Shown here piece after piece: positions 8,771-19,700 of a stretch of DNA of 37,777 nucleotides (positions are counted from its first letter, which is position 1; each line of letters opens with the position of its first letter). Position numbers and translations under genes: made by a program. A model generated the notes under the pieces. That model ran no database searches. It was not told where the DNA came from and saw only the letters and a program-made list of their open reading frames with translations. Origin of the DNA: a virus (taxonomy: Duplodnaviria > Heunggongvirae > Uroviricota > Caudoviricetes); the IMG/VR virus record IMGVR_UViG_2869924733_000005, positions 1 to 37,777 of that record. The stretch is one strand, 5' to 3'.

Positions 8771-10527
8771 TGGCAAAAGTGGCTGACGGGATCCGCTACG
8801 CCGAACGTGTTGTTGCAGGAGAAATTGTCGCTGGCGAATTTGTCCGTCTGGCCTGCCAGCGTTTTCTTGATGATCTGAAGTACGGCGAAGAGCGGGGGAT
8901 TTATTTCAGTGAACCCCGTGCGCAGCACATCCTGAATTTCTACAAATTTGTGCCCCATGTGAAAGGGGCGCTGGCAGGCCAGCCCATTGAGTTGATGGAC
9001 TGGCATGTATTTATCCTTATTAATATTTTTGGTTTTGTCATTCCGCTGGTGAATGAATAGACCGGGGAAGTTGTCATGCGCAGCGATGGCAGCGGACGCC
9101 CGGTGATGGTGCGCCGGTTCCGGACGGCGTACAACGAAGTCGCCCGTAAAAACGCAAAATCAACCCTGTCATCGGGTATCGGTCTGTATATGACGGGGGC
9201 AGATGGTGAAGGCGGGGCTGAGGTGTATTCAGCCGCAACCACGCGTGACCAGGCCAGAATCGTGTTTGAAGACGCCAAAAATATGGTCAGAAAAGCCCGG
9301 TCGACACTCGGGCGGTTGTTTGATTTCAACAAGCTGGCGATTTACCAGGAGCAGAGCGCATCAAAATTTGAACCGCTTTCCTCGGATGCAAACAACCTGG
9401 ACGGTCTGAACATCCACTGCGCCATTATTGATGAGCTGCATGCTCATAAAACCCGTGACGTGTGGGACGTTCTGGAAACGGCAACCGGTGCCCGTCTGCA
9501 GTCCCTTTTATTTGGCATCACCACGGCTGGCTTTAACAAGGAAGGGATTTGTTACGAGCAGCGCGATTACGCCATCAAGGTATTACGAGGCTATAACAGC
9601 GACGTGGAGGGGGCGGTAAAAGACGACTCCTACTTTGCGATTATTTACACGCTCGATGAGGGAGATGATCCGTTTGATGAGACGGTCTGGCAGAAAGCGA
9701 ATCCCGGCCTGGGCATCTGTAAACGCTGGGATGATCTGCGTCGTCTGGCGAAAAAAGCGAAAGAACAGGTCTCTGCGCGGGTGAATTTTTTTACCAAACA
9801 CATGAATGTGTGGGTAACAGCAGAGTCTGCCTGGATGGACATGATTAAGTGGGAGAAGTGCGAATACATTGCCCCACGACATGAGCTGAAAACGTATCCC
9901 ATGTGGGTCGGCGTTGACCTTGCTCATAAGATTGATATCTGCGCGGCGGCAAAACTCTGGCGAACCGATAACGGGCATGTTCATGCCGATTTTAAATTCT
10001 GGCTTCCGGAAGGACGGCTGGAACGATGCTCGCGGCAGCAGGCAGAACTTTACCGGAAGTGGGCGGAGATGGATAAGCTGATTCTGACGGATGGTGATGT
10101 TATCGATCATGCTCAGATAAAAAGTGACTTACTGGAATGGATTGGTGGTGAAAACCTCAGGGAACTGGGATTTGACCCGTGGAGCGCGATGCAGTTCAGC
10201 CTGGCACTGGCTGAAGAAGGGATACCGCTGGTGGAGGTTCCGCAGACGGTCCGCAATCTGTCAGAGGCCATGAAGGAAACGGAATCACTGGTTTATGCCG
10301 GACGTTTCCACCACAGCAATCATCCGGTCATGAACTGGATGATGTCTAACGTTACGGTAAAACCGGACAAAAACGACAATATCTTCCCGAATAAATCCAC
10401 TCCGGAAGCCAAAATCGACGGCCCTGTTGCGCTTTTTACGGCCATGAGCCGCTTTCTGGTAAATGGCGGGGACGTGAATGACTTTCTGTCCACGCTTGAT
10501 CCTGATGAGGACCTGTTAATTCTGTGA
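8770..10527 (+). pseudogene. terminase large subunit interrupted by in-frame TAG at 9058-9060
   Basis: ORFs 8770..9060 and 9076..10527 are in the same frame, separated only by TAG; Walker A-like ARKNAKST just downstream of the stop. Confidence 0.55.
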
Positions 10528-10674
10528 AACAGCTTATTACTGATATGACCGGGCTGATCGGTTTCGGTCTGCTCACTGCTGGCGTTTATCTGTATGCAGG
10601 TCTGCCAGCGTCTCTGATGTTGTCTGGCTGTTTGTTGCTGCTTTATGCACTGGTGGTGTCCATGAGGAGAAAAC

Positions 10675-11901
10675 ATGCTTCTTGATGCTCTGTTTCGCAG
10701 TGAGCCTCTGGAAAATCCCTCGATTCCGGTAACCGGAGAGGCCGCTGAGACGGATAATATTTTTGCCCGGGAAGTGTATGTCAGTCCGGAAACATCCATG
10801 AAGCTGGCTGCTGTCTATGCCTGTATTTATGTTATTTCATCCAGTGTGGCTCAGATGCCCCTGCATGTGATGCGAAAAACGAATGAGCATGTTCAGCCGG
10901 CACGCGATCATCCGTTGTTCTGGCTCGTTCATGATGAACCTAATGCCTGGCAGACCAGCTATAAGTGGCGGGAACTGAAGCAGCGTCATGTGCTGGGGTG
11001 GGGCAATGGTTATACGTGGGTAAAACGCAATCGTCGTGGCGAGGTTACCAGCCTTGAATGCTGTATGCCATGGGAAACCACGTTACTTAACACCGGTGGG
11101 CGTCATACTTACGGGGTGTATAACGAAGAGGGTGCATTTGCGGTAAGTCCGGACGACATGATCCATATCAGGGCGCTGGGAAACAATCAGAAAATGGGAC
11201 TGAGCCCGATCATGCAGCATGCTGAAACCATTGGTATGGGAATGAGTGGCCAGCAGTATACCAGCGCCTTTTTTAACGGTAATGCCCGTCCTGCCGGTAT
11301 TATTTCTGTGAAAAATGAACTGAACGAACAGAGCTGGGGCAGGCTTAAAAATATGTGGCAGCGGGCGGTGACAGCGCTTCGCAGCCAGGAAAATAAAACC
11401 ATGCTGCTGCCTGCGCAACTGGATTACCGCGCTCTGACAGTTTCTCCGGTGGATGCTCAGATCATTGATATGACCAAGCTGAACAGGTCGATGATTGCCG
11501 GGATTTTTAATGTCCCGGCGCACATGATTAATGACCTGGAAAAAGCCACATTTTCGAATATTACGCAGCAGGCGATTCAGTTTGTTCGCTACACGATGAT
11601 GCCCTGGGTTGCGAACTGGGAGCAGGAGCTTAACCGTCGCCTGTTTACCCGTACAGAACGGGCTGCCGGGTATTACGTTCGTTTCAACCTCACGGGGTTG
11701 CTCCGTGGGACCCCACAGGAGCGTGCGCAGTTCTATCACTTTGCCATTACAGATGGCTGGATGAGCCGGAATGAAGCCAGGGCATTTGAGGATATGAACC
11801 CGGTTGACGGTCTGGATGAAATGCTGGTCAGCGTAAATGCAGCAAATCCGTTGAATAACTTTAAAGATACAAAAGGCAAAGAGGAAAAGAACGATGAATG
11901 A
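10675..11901 (+). CDS. portal protein (HK97 family)
   Basis: 408 aa; position and sequence character typical of HK97-type portal. Confidence 0.8.
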   Translation: MLLDALFRSEPLENPSIPVTGEAAETDNIFAREVYVSPETSMKLAAVYACIYVISSSVAQMPLHVMRKTNEHVQPARDHPLFWLVHDEPNAWQTSYKWRELKQRHVLGWGNGYTWVKRNRRGEVTSLECCMPWETTLLNTGGRHTYGVYNEEGAFAVSPDDMIHIRALGNNQKMGLSPIMQHAETIGMGMSGQQYTSAFFNGNARPAGIISVKNELNEQSWGRLKNMWQRAVTALRSQENKTMLLPAQLDYRALTVSPVDAQIIDMTKLNRSMIAGIFNVPAHMINDLEKATFSNITQQAIQFVRYTMMPWVANWEQELNRRLFTRTERAAGYYVRFNLTGLLRGTPQERAQFYHFAITDGWMSRNEARAFEDMNPVDGLDEMLVSVNAANPLNNFKDTKGKEEKNDE

Positions 11902-12493
11902 CCGTGAAACGCGCTGTTACAGCGGGGAGGTGCGGGCGGAACAATATGATAATGCCCCGACCCACATTCTGGGGTATGGCTCGGTATTTAACAGTCGTTC
12001 AGAACCTCTGTGGGGATTTCGTGAAATCATCAAGCCGGGGGCTTTTGACGATGTACTGAATGATGATGTACGTGGCTTGTTTAATCATGATCCTAATTTC
12101 ATTCTCGGACGAAGTTCTGCCGGCACGTTGTCATTGTCGGTGGATGAACGCGGTTTACGTTATGACATTGTTGCACCGGATACTCCGACTATTTGTGACC
12201 TGGTGCTGTCTCCAATGTTGCGTGGTGACATTAATCAGTCCTCATTCGCGTTTCGTGTCGCCCGTGATGGAGAGAGCTGGTATGAAGACGACGAGGGGAT
12301 TGTTATCCGGGAAATCACGCGCATTTCCCGTCTGTATGACGTCAGCCCGGTGACATATCCGGCCTATCAGGACGCAGACTCTGGTGTCCGCTCAATGAAA
12401 GCCTGGCAGGAAGCGCGGGCGAGTGGTGCGCTGAAGAAAGCTGTTAATGAACGAATGGCGCGTGAGCGCCTTTTGACCCTTCTGAATGCATAA
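11894..12493 (+). CDS. prohead maturation protease (HK97 family)
   Basis: 199 aa between portal and capsid; overlaps portal end. Confidence 0.8.
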   Translation: MNDRETRCYSGEVRAEQYDNAPTHILGYGSVFNSRSEPLWGFREIIKPGAFDDVLNDDVRGLFNHDPNFILGRSSAGTLSLSVDERGLRYDIVAPDTPTICDLVLSPMLRGDINQSSFAFRVARDGESWYEDDEGIVIREITRISRLYDVSPVTYPAYQDADSGVRSMKAWQEARASGALKKAVNERMARERLLTLLNA

Positions 12494-12507
12494 GGATACT
12501 ACTGACG

Positions 12508-13725
12508 ATGAAACTTCATGAGATGAAGCAAAAACGAAACACCATTGCAAAGGATATGCGTGCACTGCATGAAAAAATTGGTGATAACGCATGGACTGAT
12601 GAGCAACGGGCAGAGTGGAACAGGGCGAAAGCTGAGCTAGATGCGCTGGATGAGCAAATCGCCCGTGAAGAAGAGTTGCGCCGTCAGGATCAGGCATATG
12701 TGGATGAGTCCGGGCCGGAAGAGCGCCAGAATAATGAGGCGGAGAACGGGAAAAAGGCGGTGGAAGAGAAGCGCGCTGCGGCATTTAACCGTTTTCTGCG
12801 TGCCGGATTTGCAGAACTGAATGCTGAAGAGCGTAATCTGATGCGTGAACTGCGAGCTCAGAGTGTAACAACGGATTCTCAGGGCGGATATACGGTGCCC
12901 ACGCAGATGCGTAACAAAATCATTGACACCATGAAGGCTTATGGCGGGATTGCCAGTGTGGCGCAACTTCTGACCACGTCAACCGGGCAGGATATCACCT
13001 GGTCAACGTCTGACGGCACGACTGAAGAGGGCGAACTGCTGGCGGAAAATACAGCCGCAACGGAACAGGATGTGACGTTCGGGACTGCTATTCTGGGGGC
13101 TAAAAAGCTGTCATCAAAAATAATTCGTGTGTCCAATGAGCTGCTCCAGGACAGTGGGGTAGATATTGAATCTTATCTGGCAAACCGTATTGCCCAGCGT
13201 ATTGGTCGTGGAGAGGCAAAATATCTGGTTCAGGGGACCGGAACGGGATCACCGTTACAGCCAAAAGGGCTGGCAGCGTCGGTGACGGGAACTATCCAGA
13301 CTGCAGCCTCTGCCGCTTTCACCTGGAAAGAAATGAATGCCCTGAAACATGCCATTGATCCGGCATATCGTGGTGGGCCGAAATACCGCTGGGCATTCAA
13401 TGATGCCACATTGCAGACTATTGAAGAGATGGAGGATGGACAGAAACGCCCGTTATGGCTGCCGGATATTGCAGGCGGTACGCCGGCTACTGTGCTGGGG
13501 ATCCCTTATGTTATTGATCAGGCTATTGACGGGATTGGTACCGGGAAAAAATTCATTTTCCTGGGGGATTTCAACCGCTTTATCATTCGCCGCGTTACTT
13601 ATATGGAACTGAAACGTCTGGTTGAGCGTTATGCTGAGTTTGATCAGGTGGCATTTCTGGCTTTCCATCGTTTTGACTGTGTGCTGGAAGATGTGGCAGC
13701 CATTAAGGCGCTTACTGGCAAATAA
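12508..13725 (+). CDS. major capsid protein (HK97 fold) with N-terminal coiled-coil delta domain
   Basis: 405 aa; Glu/Arg-rich coiled-coil N-terminus followed by capsid domain. Confidence 0.85.
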   Translation: MKLHEMKQKRNTIAKDMRALHEKIGDNAWTDEQRAEWNRAKAELDALDEQIAREEELRRQDQAYVDESGPEERQNNEAENGKKAVEEKRAAAFNRFLRAGFAELNAEERNLMRELRAQSVTTDSQGGYTVPTQMRNKIIDTMKAYGGIASVAQLLTTSTGQDITWSTSDGTTEEGELLAENTAATEQDVTFGTAILGAKKLSSKIIRVSNELLQDSGVDIESYLANRIAQRIGRGEAKYLVQGTGTGSPLQPKGLAASVTGTIQTAASAAFTWKEMNALKHAIDPAYRGGPKYRWAFNDATLQTIEEMEDGQKRPLWLPDIAGGTPATVLGIPYVIDQAIDGIGTGKKFIFLGDFNRFIIRRVTYMELKRLVERYAEFDQVAFLAFHRFDCVLEDVAAIKALTGK

Positions 13726-13744
13726 CCACACGTTGTTCTGTTAC

Positions 13745-13769
13745 AGACCGCGCCGACGCGGTTTTTTTA
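13745..13769 (+). terminator. rho-independent terminator after capsid gene
   Basis: gaccgcgccgacgcggt hairpin then TTTTTTTAT. Confidence 0.5.
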
Positions 13770-13801
13770 TGCCCGCATAGTGTTGCGGGCAGGAGTTTCT
13801 G

Positions 13802-14119
13802 ATGGCAGCAATAGTTGAAAAACTCAGGGCGCAGTGCCGTATTGATACAGATGATGCAACTGATGATGAGTTACTGATGCTGTATTTCCGGGCGGCCTGC
13901 CGCAAGGCAGAAAATTTTATCAACCGTAAGCTTTATGAGGAGACGGTGCCGGAAGGTGATCCTGAAGGGGTGCTTATAGCTGATGATGTTTTGCTGGCGC
14001 TCATGTTGCTGGTCGGACACTGGTACGAAAACCGGGAAAATTCCTCAGATGTCAGCAAGGCACCAGTCCCGTTTGGTTTTTCTTCTCTGCTGGAGCCTTA
14101 TCGTTTTATTCCTTTGTAG
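13802..14119 (+). CDS. head-tail connector protein
   Basis: 105-aa ORF at conserved position after capsid. Confidence 0.7.
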   Translation: MAAIVEKLRAQCRIDTDDATDDELLMLYFRAACRKAENFINRKLYEETVPEGDPEGVLIADDVLLALMLLVGHWYENRENSSDVSKAPVPFGFSSLLEPYRFIPL

Positions 14120-14127
14120 GAGGAACC

Positions 14128-14466
14128 ATGCAGGCGGGCAGATTACGTGATCGTGTGGTTATTCTGAATGCCACCACCGTTCGGTCTCCGTCAGGGCACC
14201 CTGTGGAAACAATGACGGAGGGGGCAACCATATGGGCAGAAGTTAAGGGGATCAGTGGCAGGGAGAGAATATCCGGAGGCGCAGAAACAGCTCAGGCTAC
14301 AGTGAGGGTCTGGATGAGATTCCGGCGCGATGTGACAGCGACTTCACGTCTGAAAGTGCTGACCGGTGCATTTAAAGAGGCCATTCTGGGTATAGAAGGT
14401 CCACCAATACCGGATGCACGCGCCACCCGGCTTGAAATACTCTGCAGCCTGACGGGGAATGTGTGA
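14128..14466 (+). CDS. head closure / head-tail adaptor protein
   Basis: 112-aa ORF, conserved order. Confidence 0.7.
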   Translation: MQAGRLRDRVVILNATTVRSPSGHPVETMTEGATIWAEVKGISGRERISGGAETAQATVRVWMRFRRDVTATSRLKVLTGAFKEAILGIEGPPIPDARATRLEILCSLTGNV

Positions 14467-14912
14467 TGGATTTCAGTCTTGATTTTTCCGGCCTGGCGGA
14501 TATTGCACGGGATCTGGAGACGCTCAGCAGGGCAGAAAACAATAAGGTTCTGCGCGATGCCACCCGTGCCGGTGCTGAAGTTATGCGGGATGCAGTTGTT
14601 GAACGTGCGCCGGAGCGAACCGGGAAACTGAAGAAAAATGTGGTTGTTCTGACTCAGCGATCAAAACGTCGGGGGGAAATTATCTCGGGAGTCCACATTC
14701 GTGGACGAAATCTGCGAACCGGAAACAGTGATAACAGCATGAAAGCCAGCGATCCCCGAAATGCGTTTTACTGGCGCTTTGTCGAACTGGGAACGGTAAA
14801 CATGCCTGCGCATCCATTCATTCGCCCGGCTTTCGATACGACAGAGGAGCTGGCGGCGCAGGTTGCCATACAGCGAATGAATCAGGCTATTGATGAGGTC
14901 TTAAGTAAATGA
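14463..14912 (+). CDS. HK97 gp10-like neck/tail component
   Basis: 149-aa ORF overlapping neighbours by 4 nt. Confidence 0.7.
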   Translation: MMDFSLDFSGLADIARDLETLSRAENNKVLRDATRAGAEVMRDAVVERAPERTGKLKKNVVVLTQRSKRRGEIISGVHIRGRNLRTGNSDNSMKASDPRNAFYWRFVELGTVNMPAHPFIRPAFDTTEELAAQVAIQRMNQAIDEVLSK

Positions 14913-15253
14913 GGGAGGCCACACTGTATTCCCTGCTGTCTCAGCTGGCCGGAGGACAGGTATATCCTTATGTGGTCCCGCTGACGGAGGGAAAGCCTGC
15001 GGTATCTCCGCCGTGGCTGGTGTTTTCTGTGGTGTCTGACACGGCGTCTGATGTGCTTGATGGTCAGGCTGAATCCAGAATTACCGTGCAGATCGATGTC
15101 TGGGCAACGGTGCCTGATGACGCAGATGATATCCGAGAACAGGCGCTTGATGCAGTAAGGAAACTGGCACCCTCCGTTATTTCTAAAACTCAGGGTTATG
15201 ATCCTGATTCCCGTCTGAGCAGAGCCACGCTTGAATTTCAGGTAATAGCCTGA
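14909..15253 (+). CDS. tail completion protein (DUF3168-like)
   Basis: 114-aa ORF preceding major tail gene. Confidence 0.65.
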   Translation: MREATLYSLLSQLAGGQVYPYVVPLTEGKPAVSPPWLVFSVVSDTASDVLDGQAESRITVQIDVWATVPDDADDIREQALDAVRKLAPSVISKTQGYDPDSRLSRATLEFQVIA

Positions 15254-15273
15254 GGTCGTTAATGATTTTACAC

Positions 15274-15297
15274 ACCCGCCGCTGGCGGGTTTTTTAT
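15274..15297 (+). terminator. intrinsic terminator/attenuator upstream of major tail gene
   Basis: acccgccgctggcgggt hairpin followed by TTTTTTATTTT. Confidence 0.5.
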
Positions 15298-15312
15298 TTT
15301 CAGGAGACGAGT

Positions 15313-16017
15313 ATGTCCTCTAATTTTGAGCGTTCGCAACTGACGAAAATTATGATTTCGTCTGCACCGGTAACAGCAGAAACCCTGGATTCTGCCAGCT
15401 ATCTTGGCCTGAGCTGTACAATCAAAGAGGTGCAGTTTACCGCAGGACAAAAGCAGGATATTGATGTCACCACGCTGTGTTCTGTTGAGCAGGAAAATAT
15501 TAACGGCCTTGGTGCCGCGTCAGAGATTTCCATGTCAGGCAACTTTTACCTCAATGCTGCCCAGAACGCGTTGCGCAGTGCCTATGACAATGACACCACG
15601 TATGGCTTTAAAGTTATTTTTCCGTCAGGCAATGGATTTACCTTTATGGCAGAGGTGCGTCAGCATACCTGGTCTGCAGGAACCAATGGTGTTGTGGCTG
15701 CAACGTTTTCCCTGCGTCTGAAAGGTAAACCTGTGCTGACGACAGAGCCGCTGAAAGTGAAAGTCGATTTAAACAGCACGCTGCAGGTTTCTGCCGGAGC
15801 GAAACTCGAAATGGTGGTTGAGGCTGCGGGTGGTGTGCCGCCTTATTCTTATGCCTGGAAAAAAGGTGGTTCTCCTGTTTCCGGACAGACGGCGGCAACG
15901 TTCAGTAAGGCATCGGCAGTATCCGGTGATGCTGGTGCGTATACCTGCGAGATTTCTGATTCAGCAAGCCCGGTTAACAAAGTGACCTCCACTTCCTGCA
16001 CTGTTACCGTCAGTTAA
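15313..16017 (+). CDS. major tail protein with C-terminal Ig-like domain
   Basis: ATG at 15313 after caggagacgag RBS; C-terminal Ig-like segment (GGVPPYSYAWKKGG...AYTCEISD). Confidence 0.85.
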   Translation: MSSNFERSQLTKIMISSAPVTAETLDSASYLGLSCTIKEVQFTAGQKQDIDVTTLCSVEQENINGLGAASEISMSGNFYLNAAQNALRSAYDNDTTYGFKVIFPSGNGFTFMAEVRQHTWSAGTNGVVAATFSLRLKGKPVLTTEPLKVKVDLNSTLQVSAGAKLEMVVEAAGGVPPYSYAWKKGGSPVSGQTAATFSKASAVSGDAGAYTCEISDSASPVNKVTSTSCTVTVS

Positions 16018-16403
16018 TGAGGATGGGTGTGATGACTAAAAATATCCGTAATCTGGCACTGGCAACGATGTCGGGGTTTCGCCATAAAACCGTTGATGTG
16101 CCTGAATGGGAGGGAGCAACGGTTGTGTTACGGGAACCTTCTGCAGAAGCCTGGTTGCGCTGGCAGGAGATCGTTAAAGCAAAAGATGATGAGACACCGT
16201 TATCCGTTGCGGAGCGCGCCCGCCGAAATCTGGAAGCGGATGTTGAACTGTTCATCGATGTTCTGTGTGATACCGGACTGCAACCTGTATTTTCAGAGGA
16301 TGATCGTGAACAGGTGATTGCCGTGTATGGCCCGGTGCATGCGCGGCTTCTTCGGCAGTCTCTGGAACTGATCAGTGATGCCGGCGAGGTTAAAAAAAAG
16401 TAG
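16017..16403 (+). CDS. G: tail assembly chaperone G
   Basis: 128-aa ORF ending ...GEVKKK at slippery A-run. Confidence 0.75.
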   Translation: MRMGVMTKNIRNLALATMSGFRHKTVDVPEWEGATVVLREPSAEAWLRWQEIVKAKDDETPLSVAERARRNLEADVELFIDVLCDTGLQPVFSEDDREQVIAVYGPVHARLLRQSLELISDAGEVKKK

Positions 16404-16705
16404 CGCTTCCGGGGATGCGTTTTCTGATGATGCTGGCGCTCAGGATGGGGCGCACATTGTCAGAGTTACGCCGGGAAATGTCAGCATCAGAAATCATGAT
16501 GTGGGCAGAATTTGACAGGTTCAGCCCGCTGGGTGACGAGCGGGCTGATATCCGGGCTGCCCAGATTGTTTCAGTTGTTTACGGTGCGCAGGGGGTCAAA
16601 GTGCCACTGAATGATGCGCTTCTTCAGTGGGAGAAGGAGCAGACAGAAGGCGTATCAGATCCATTTGCCGGACTGGAAAACGCGCTTTTAATAGTGTCTC
16701 AGTGA
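16017..16705 (+). CDS. tail assembly chaperone G-T fusion via programmed -1 frameshift
   Basis: Downstream ORF (16415..16705) is in the -1 frame relative to G; slippery A AAA AAG at the end of G. Confidence 0.65.
16394..16400 (+). other. slippery heptamer A_AAA_AAG for G/G-T -1 ribosomal frameshift
   Basis: ggttaaaaaaaagtag at 3' end of G; frame arithmetic consistent. Confidence 0.6.
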
Positions 16706-16712
16706 GTCAACA

Positions 16713-16736
16713 TAACCGCTTCGGCGGTTTTTTTTC
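16713..16736 (+). terminator. hairpin + T-tract between T and tape measure gene (possible attenuator)
   Basis: taaccgcttcggcggtt followed by TTTTTTTT. Confidence 0.4.
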
Positions 16737-16745
16737 GTCCGGAGA

Positions 16746-19700
16746 ATGAGTGTGGCGACATTACGTGAACTGATTATTAAAATCTCGGCAAATTCCCGGT
16801 CATTCCAGTCAGAGATCTCCCGGGCTTCGCGTATGGGGCAGGATTACTACCGTACCATGCAGAACGGAGGCCGGCAGTCCGCTGCTGCATCCCGTGAAAT
16901 GCGGCGTGCACTGGCAGAAGTGACGGATCAGATAAATACAGCTAAATCTTCGGCACTGAATATGGCGGGGGCATTTGCCGGGGCTTTTGCTACCGGTCAT
17001 CTTATTTCTCTCGCCGATGAGTGGAATTCAGTAAATGCCCGTCTGAAGCAGGCCTCACAGTCCAGTGATGATTTTCAGGCATCACAGCGTGAATTAATGG
17101 CGATTAGCCAGAGAACGGGGACGGCGTTTTCTGATAACGCCAGCCTTTTTGCCCGTTCTGCAGCTTCCATGCGGGAGTATGGTTACAGTTCTGAGGAGGT
17201 ACTGAAAGTCACCGAGGCGATCTCCACGGGCCTGAAATTATCCGGTGCCAGTACAGCAGAAGCCAGTTCGGTGATCACGCAGTTCAGTCAGGCACTGGCG
17301 CAGGGAGTGCTGCGCGGTGAAGAGTTTAACTCGGTGAATGAGAACGGCGATCGTGTTATTCGTGCGCTGGCTGCGGGAATGGGGGTTGCCCGTAAGGATC
17401 TGAAGGCCATGGCGGATAACGGAAAACTGACCGCCGATAAGGTTGTTCCTGCACTGATTAGTCAGCTTGGGGCATTACGTGATGAATATGCGGCAATGCC
17501 TGATACGGTTTCATCCTCTGCAACCAAAGTTGAAAACGCCTTTATGGCCTGGGTTGGTGGTGCGAACGAGGCAAGCGGAGTGACGAAGACGCTCTCCGGT
17601 ATGCTGAATGGTATTGCAGGCAATATTGACACTGTGGCAACCGCTGCCGGTGCTCTGGTTGCCGTCGGGGTAGCCCGATATTTTGGCAATATGGCGTCTT
17701 CTGCTGGATCTGCAACTGCCGGATTAATTACTGCAGCCAGAAACGAAGTGGCTCTTGCGGAAGCGCAGCTCCGGGGGACACAGATAGCAACAGCCAGGGC
17801 GCGTGCGGCGGTTTATTGTGCGCAACAGGCGGTTGTTGCTGCTCGCGGTACCGAAAGGCAGGCAGCCGCAGAAGCGAAACTGGCTGCTGCCCAGGCCTCA
17901 CTTACCCGTAATATTGCGGCCAGAACAGCAGCACAGACAACGCTGAATACTGTCACGTCAGTGGGAAGTCGTCTGTTAAGTGGAGCACTGGGACTGGTTG
18001 GTGGGGTGCCGGGGCTTGTCATGCTGGGGGCCGCGGCCTGGTACACGATGTATCAGAATCAGGAGCAGGCCAGAGAATCTGCACGCCAGTATGCCGCAAC
18101 AATCGACGAAATTCGCCAGAAAACGTCGGCAATGTCGCTTCCTGAAGCGTCAGATAATGAGGAAAAGACGCGGCAGGCACTGGAGGAACAAAATCGCCTG
18201 ATTAGCGAACAGGAAGGAAAAATTCGCGGACTGAAAAATCAAATTGCTGATTATCAACGTTGGCTTGATGAAAGTTCGCAGAGTGGTTCGGGTGCTGAAA
18301 TCATCCTTAAAGGGCTTGCCGAAGCAACAAATCAACTGGCAGTTGAACAATCCCGTCTCACTCAAATGCAGGGCAAAGCGCAATCCATTCAGGATGTGCT
18401 TGCCGGGCTGGAGGAGCGACGGGTGGCGTTGATCCGTCAACAGGCGGCGGAACAAAACAAAGCGTATCAGTCCCTGTTGATCATGAATGGGCAGCATACC
18501 GAGTTTAATCGCCTTCTTGGGCTTGGTAATGAATTACTTCAGCAGCGACAGGGGCTGGTGAATGTACCGTTACGGCTACCACAGGCAACCCTGGATGATA
18601 AACAGCAGACCGCACTGAATAACAGCAAGCGCGAACTGGCTCTGTCCCGCCTTAAGGGGGAAGCGCGTGAGCGTGCCCGACTGGGCTATGCTGCGGATGA
18701 TCTCGGCTTTGTGGGAGAGGCGTATCAGACAGCCAGACAGAATTATATCAATAACTCACTGGATGCCTGGCGAAATAACCAGGCAAATAAACCCAAAGCG
18801 CATAAAAAGACCGAAGCGGAAAAAACAGAAGATATTTATAAACGGCTGATTAAACAGCAAAAAGAACAGATAGCACTGGCAGGGCAGAATACTGAACTGG
18901 CTAAGATGAAATATCAGGTCAGTCAGGGCGAATTATCAACCCTGTCAGAAGCGCAGAAAAAAACGCTTTTGCAGAATGCAGCACTCATCGACCAGAAAAA
19001 GATTCGTGAGCAGCTTGCTGCGTATGAGAGCAGTCTGGCGGACAGTAATGCCAGTGCCCGGGCATCTGACGACGCGCAGTTGCTGGGATATGGTGAAGGC
19101 TCACGGATGCGTGAACGACTCCAGGAAATGTGGAGTATCCGGCAGACGTTTGAGCAGAAAAATAACGAGCTGCTGAGACAGTATCAGGCCGGAGAAATTG
19201 AAGAAGCCCTGTGGAAACAGGAGAAAGAACTGAATAAAAAATATCTGGAAGAGCGTCTCAGCGATCAGCAGGATTATTATGCAAAGGCCGATGCTTTACG
19301 TAATAACTGGAATGCCGGACTCCAGGAGGGACTGACCAACTGGGCAGACAGTGCCACCGATTATGCTTCACAGGCGGCAGATGCTGTCGTTTCCACGATG
19401 GACGGGCTGGTATCAAATATTTCCGATGCACTGGCCGGGAATGTTGTGGACTGGCGAAACTGGGGGAGTTCAATTCTCCAGGAAGTTTCAAAAATTCTGA
19501 TGAACGCTGCCATCGTTAACGGGCTGAAGTCACTTTCCAAAAGCATGTCCGGTGCCGGAGGATGGCTTGGTACGGTCGGCGACTGGCTTTCCGGTGCAGT
19601 GGCAAACGCAAAAGGTGGTGTTTATACATCGGCAAATCTGAGTGCTTACAGTAACACCATTGTGGATACCCCGACGTATTTTGCTTTTGCGAAAGGTGCC

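Noticed and set aside
9583-11739. Minus-strand ORFs 9583..10110 and 11083..11739
   Set aside because: Antisense to TerL and portal respectively; no independent start context or homology.
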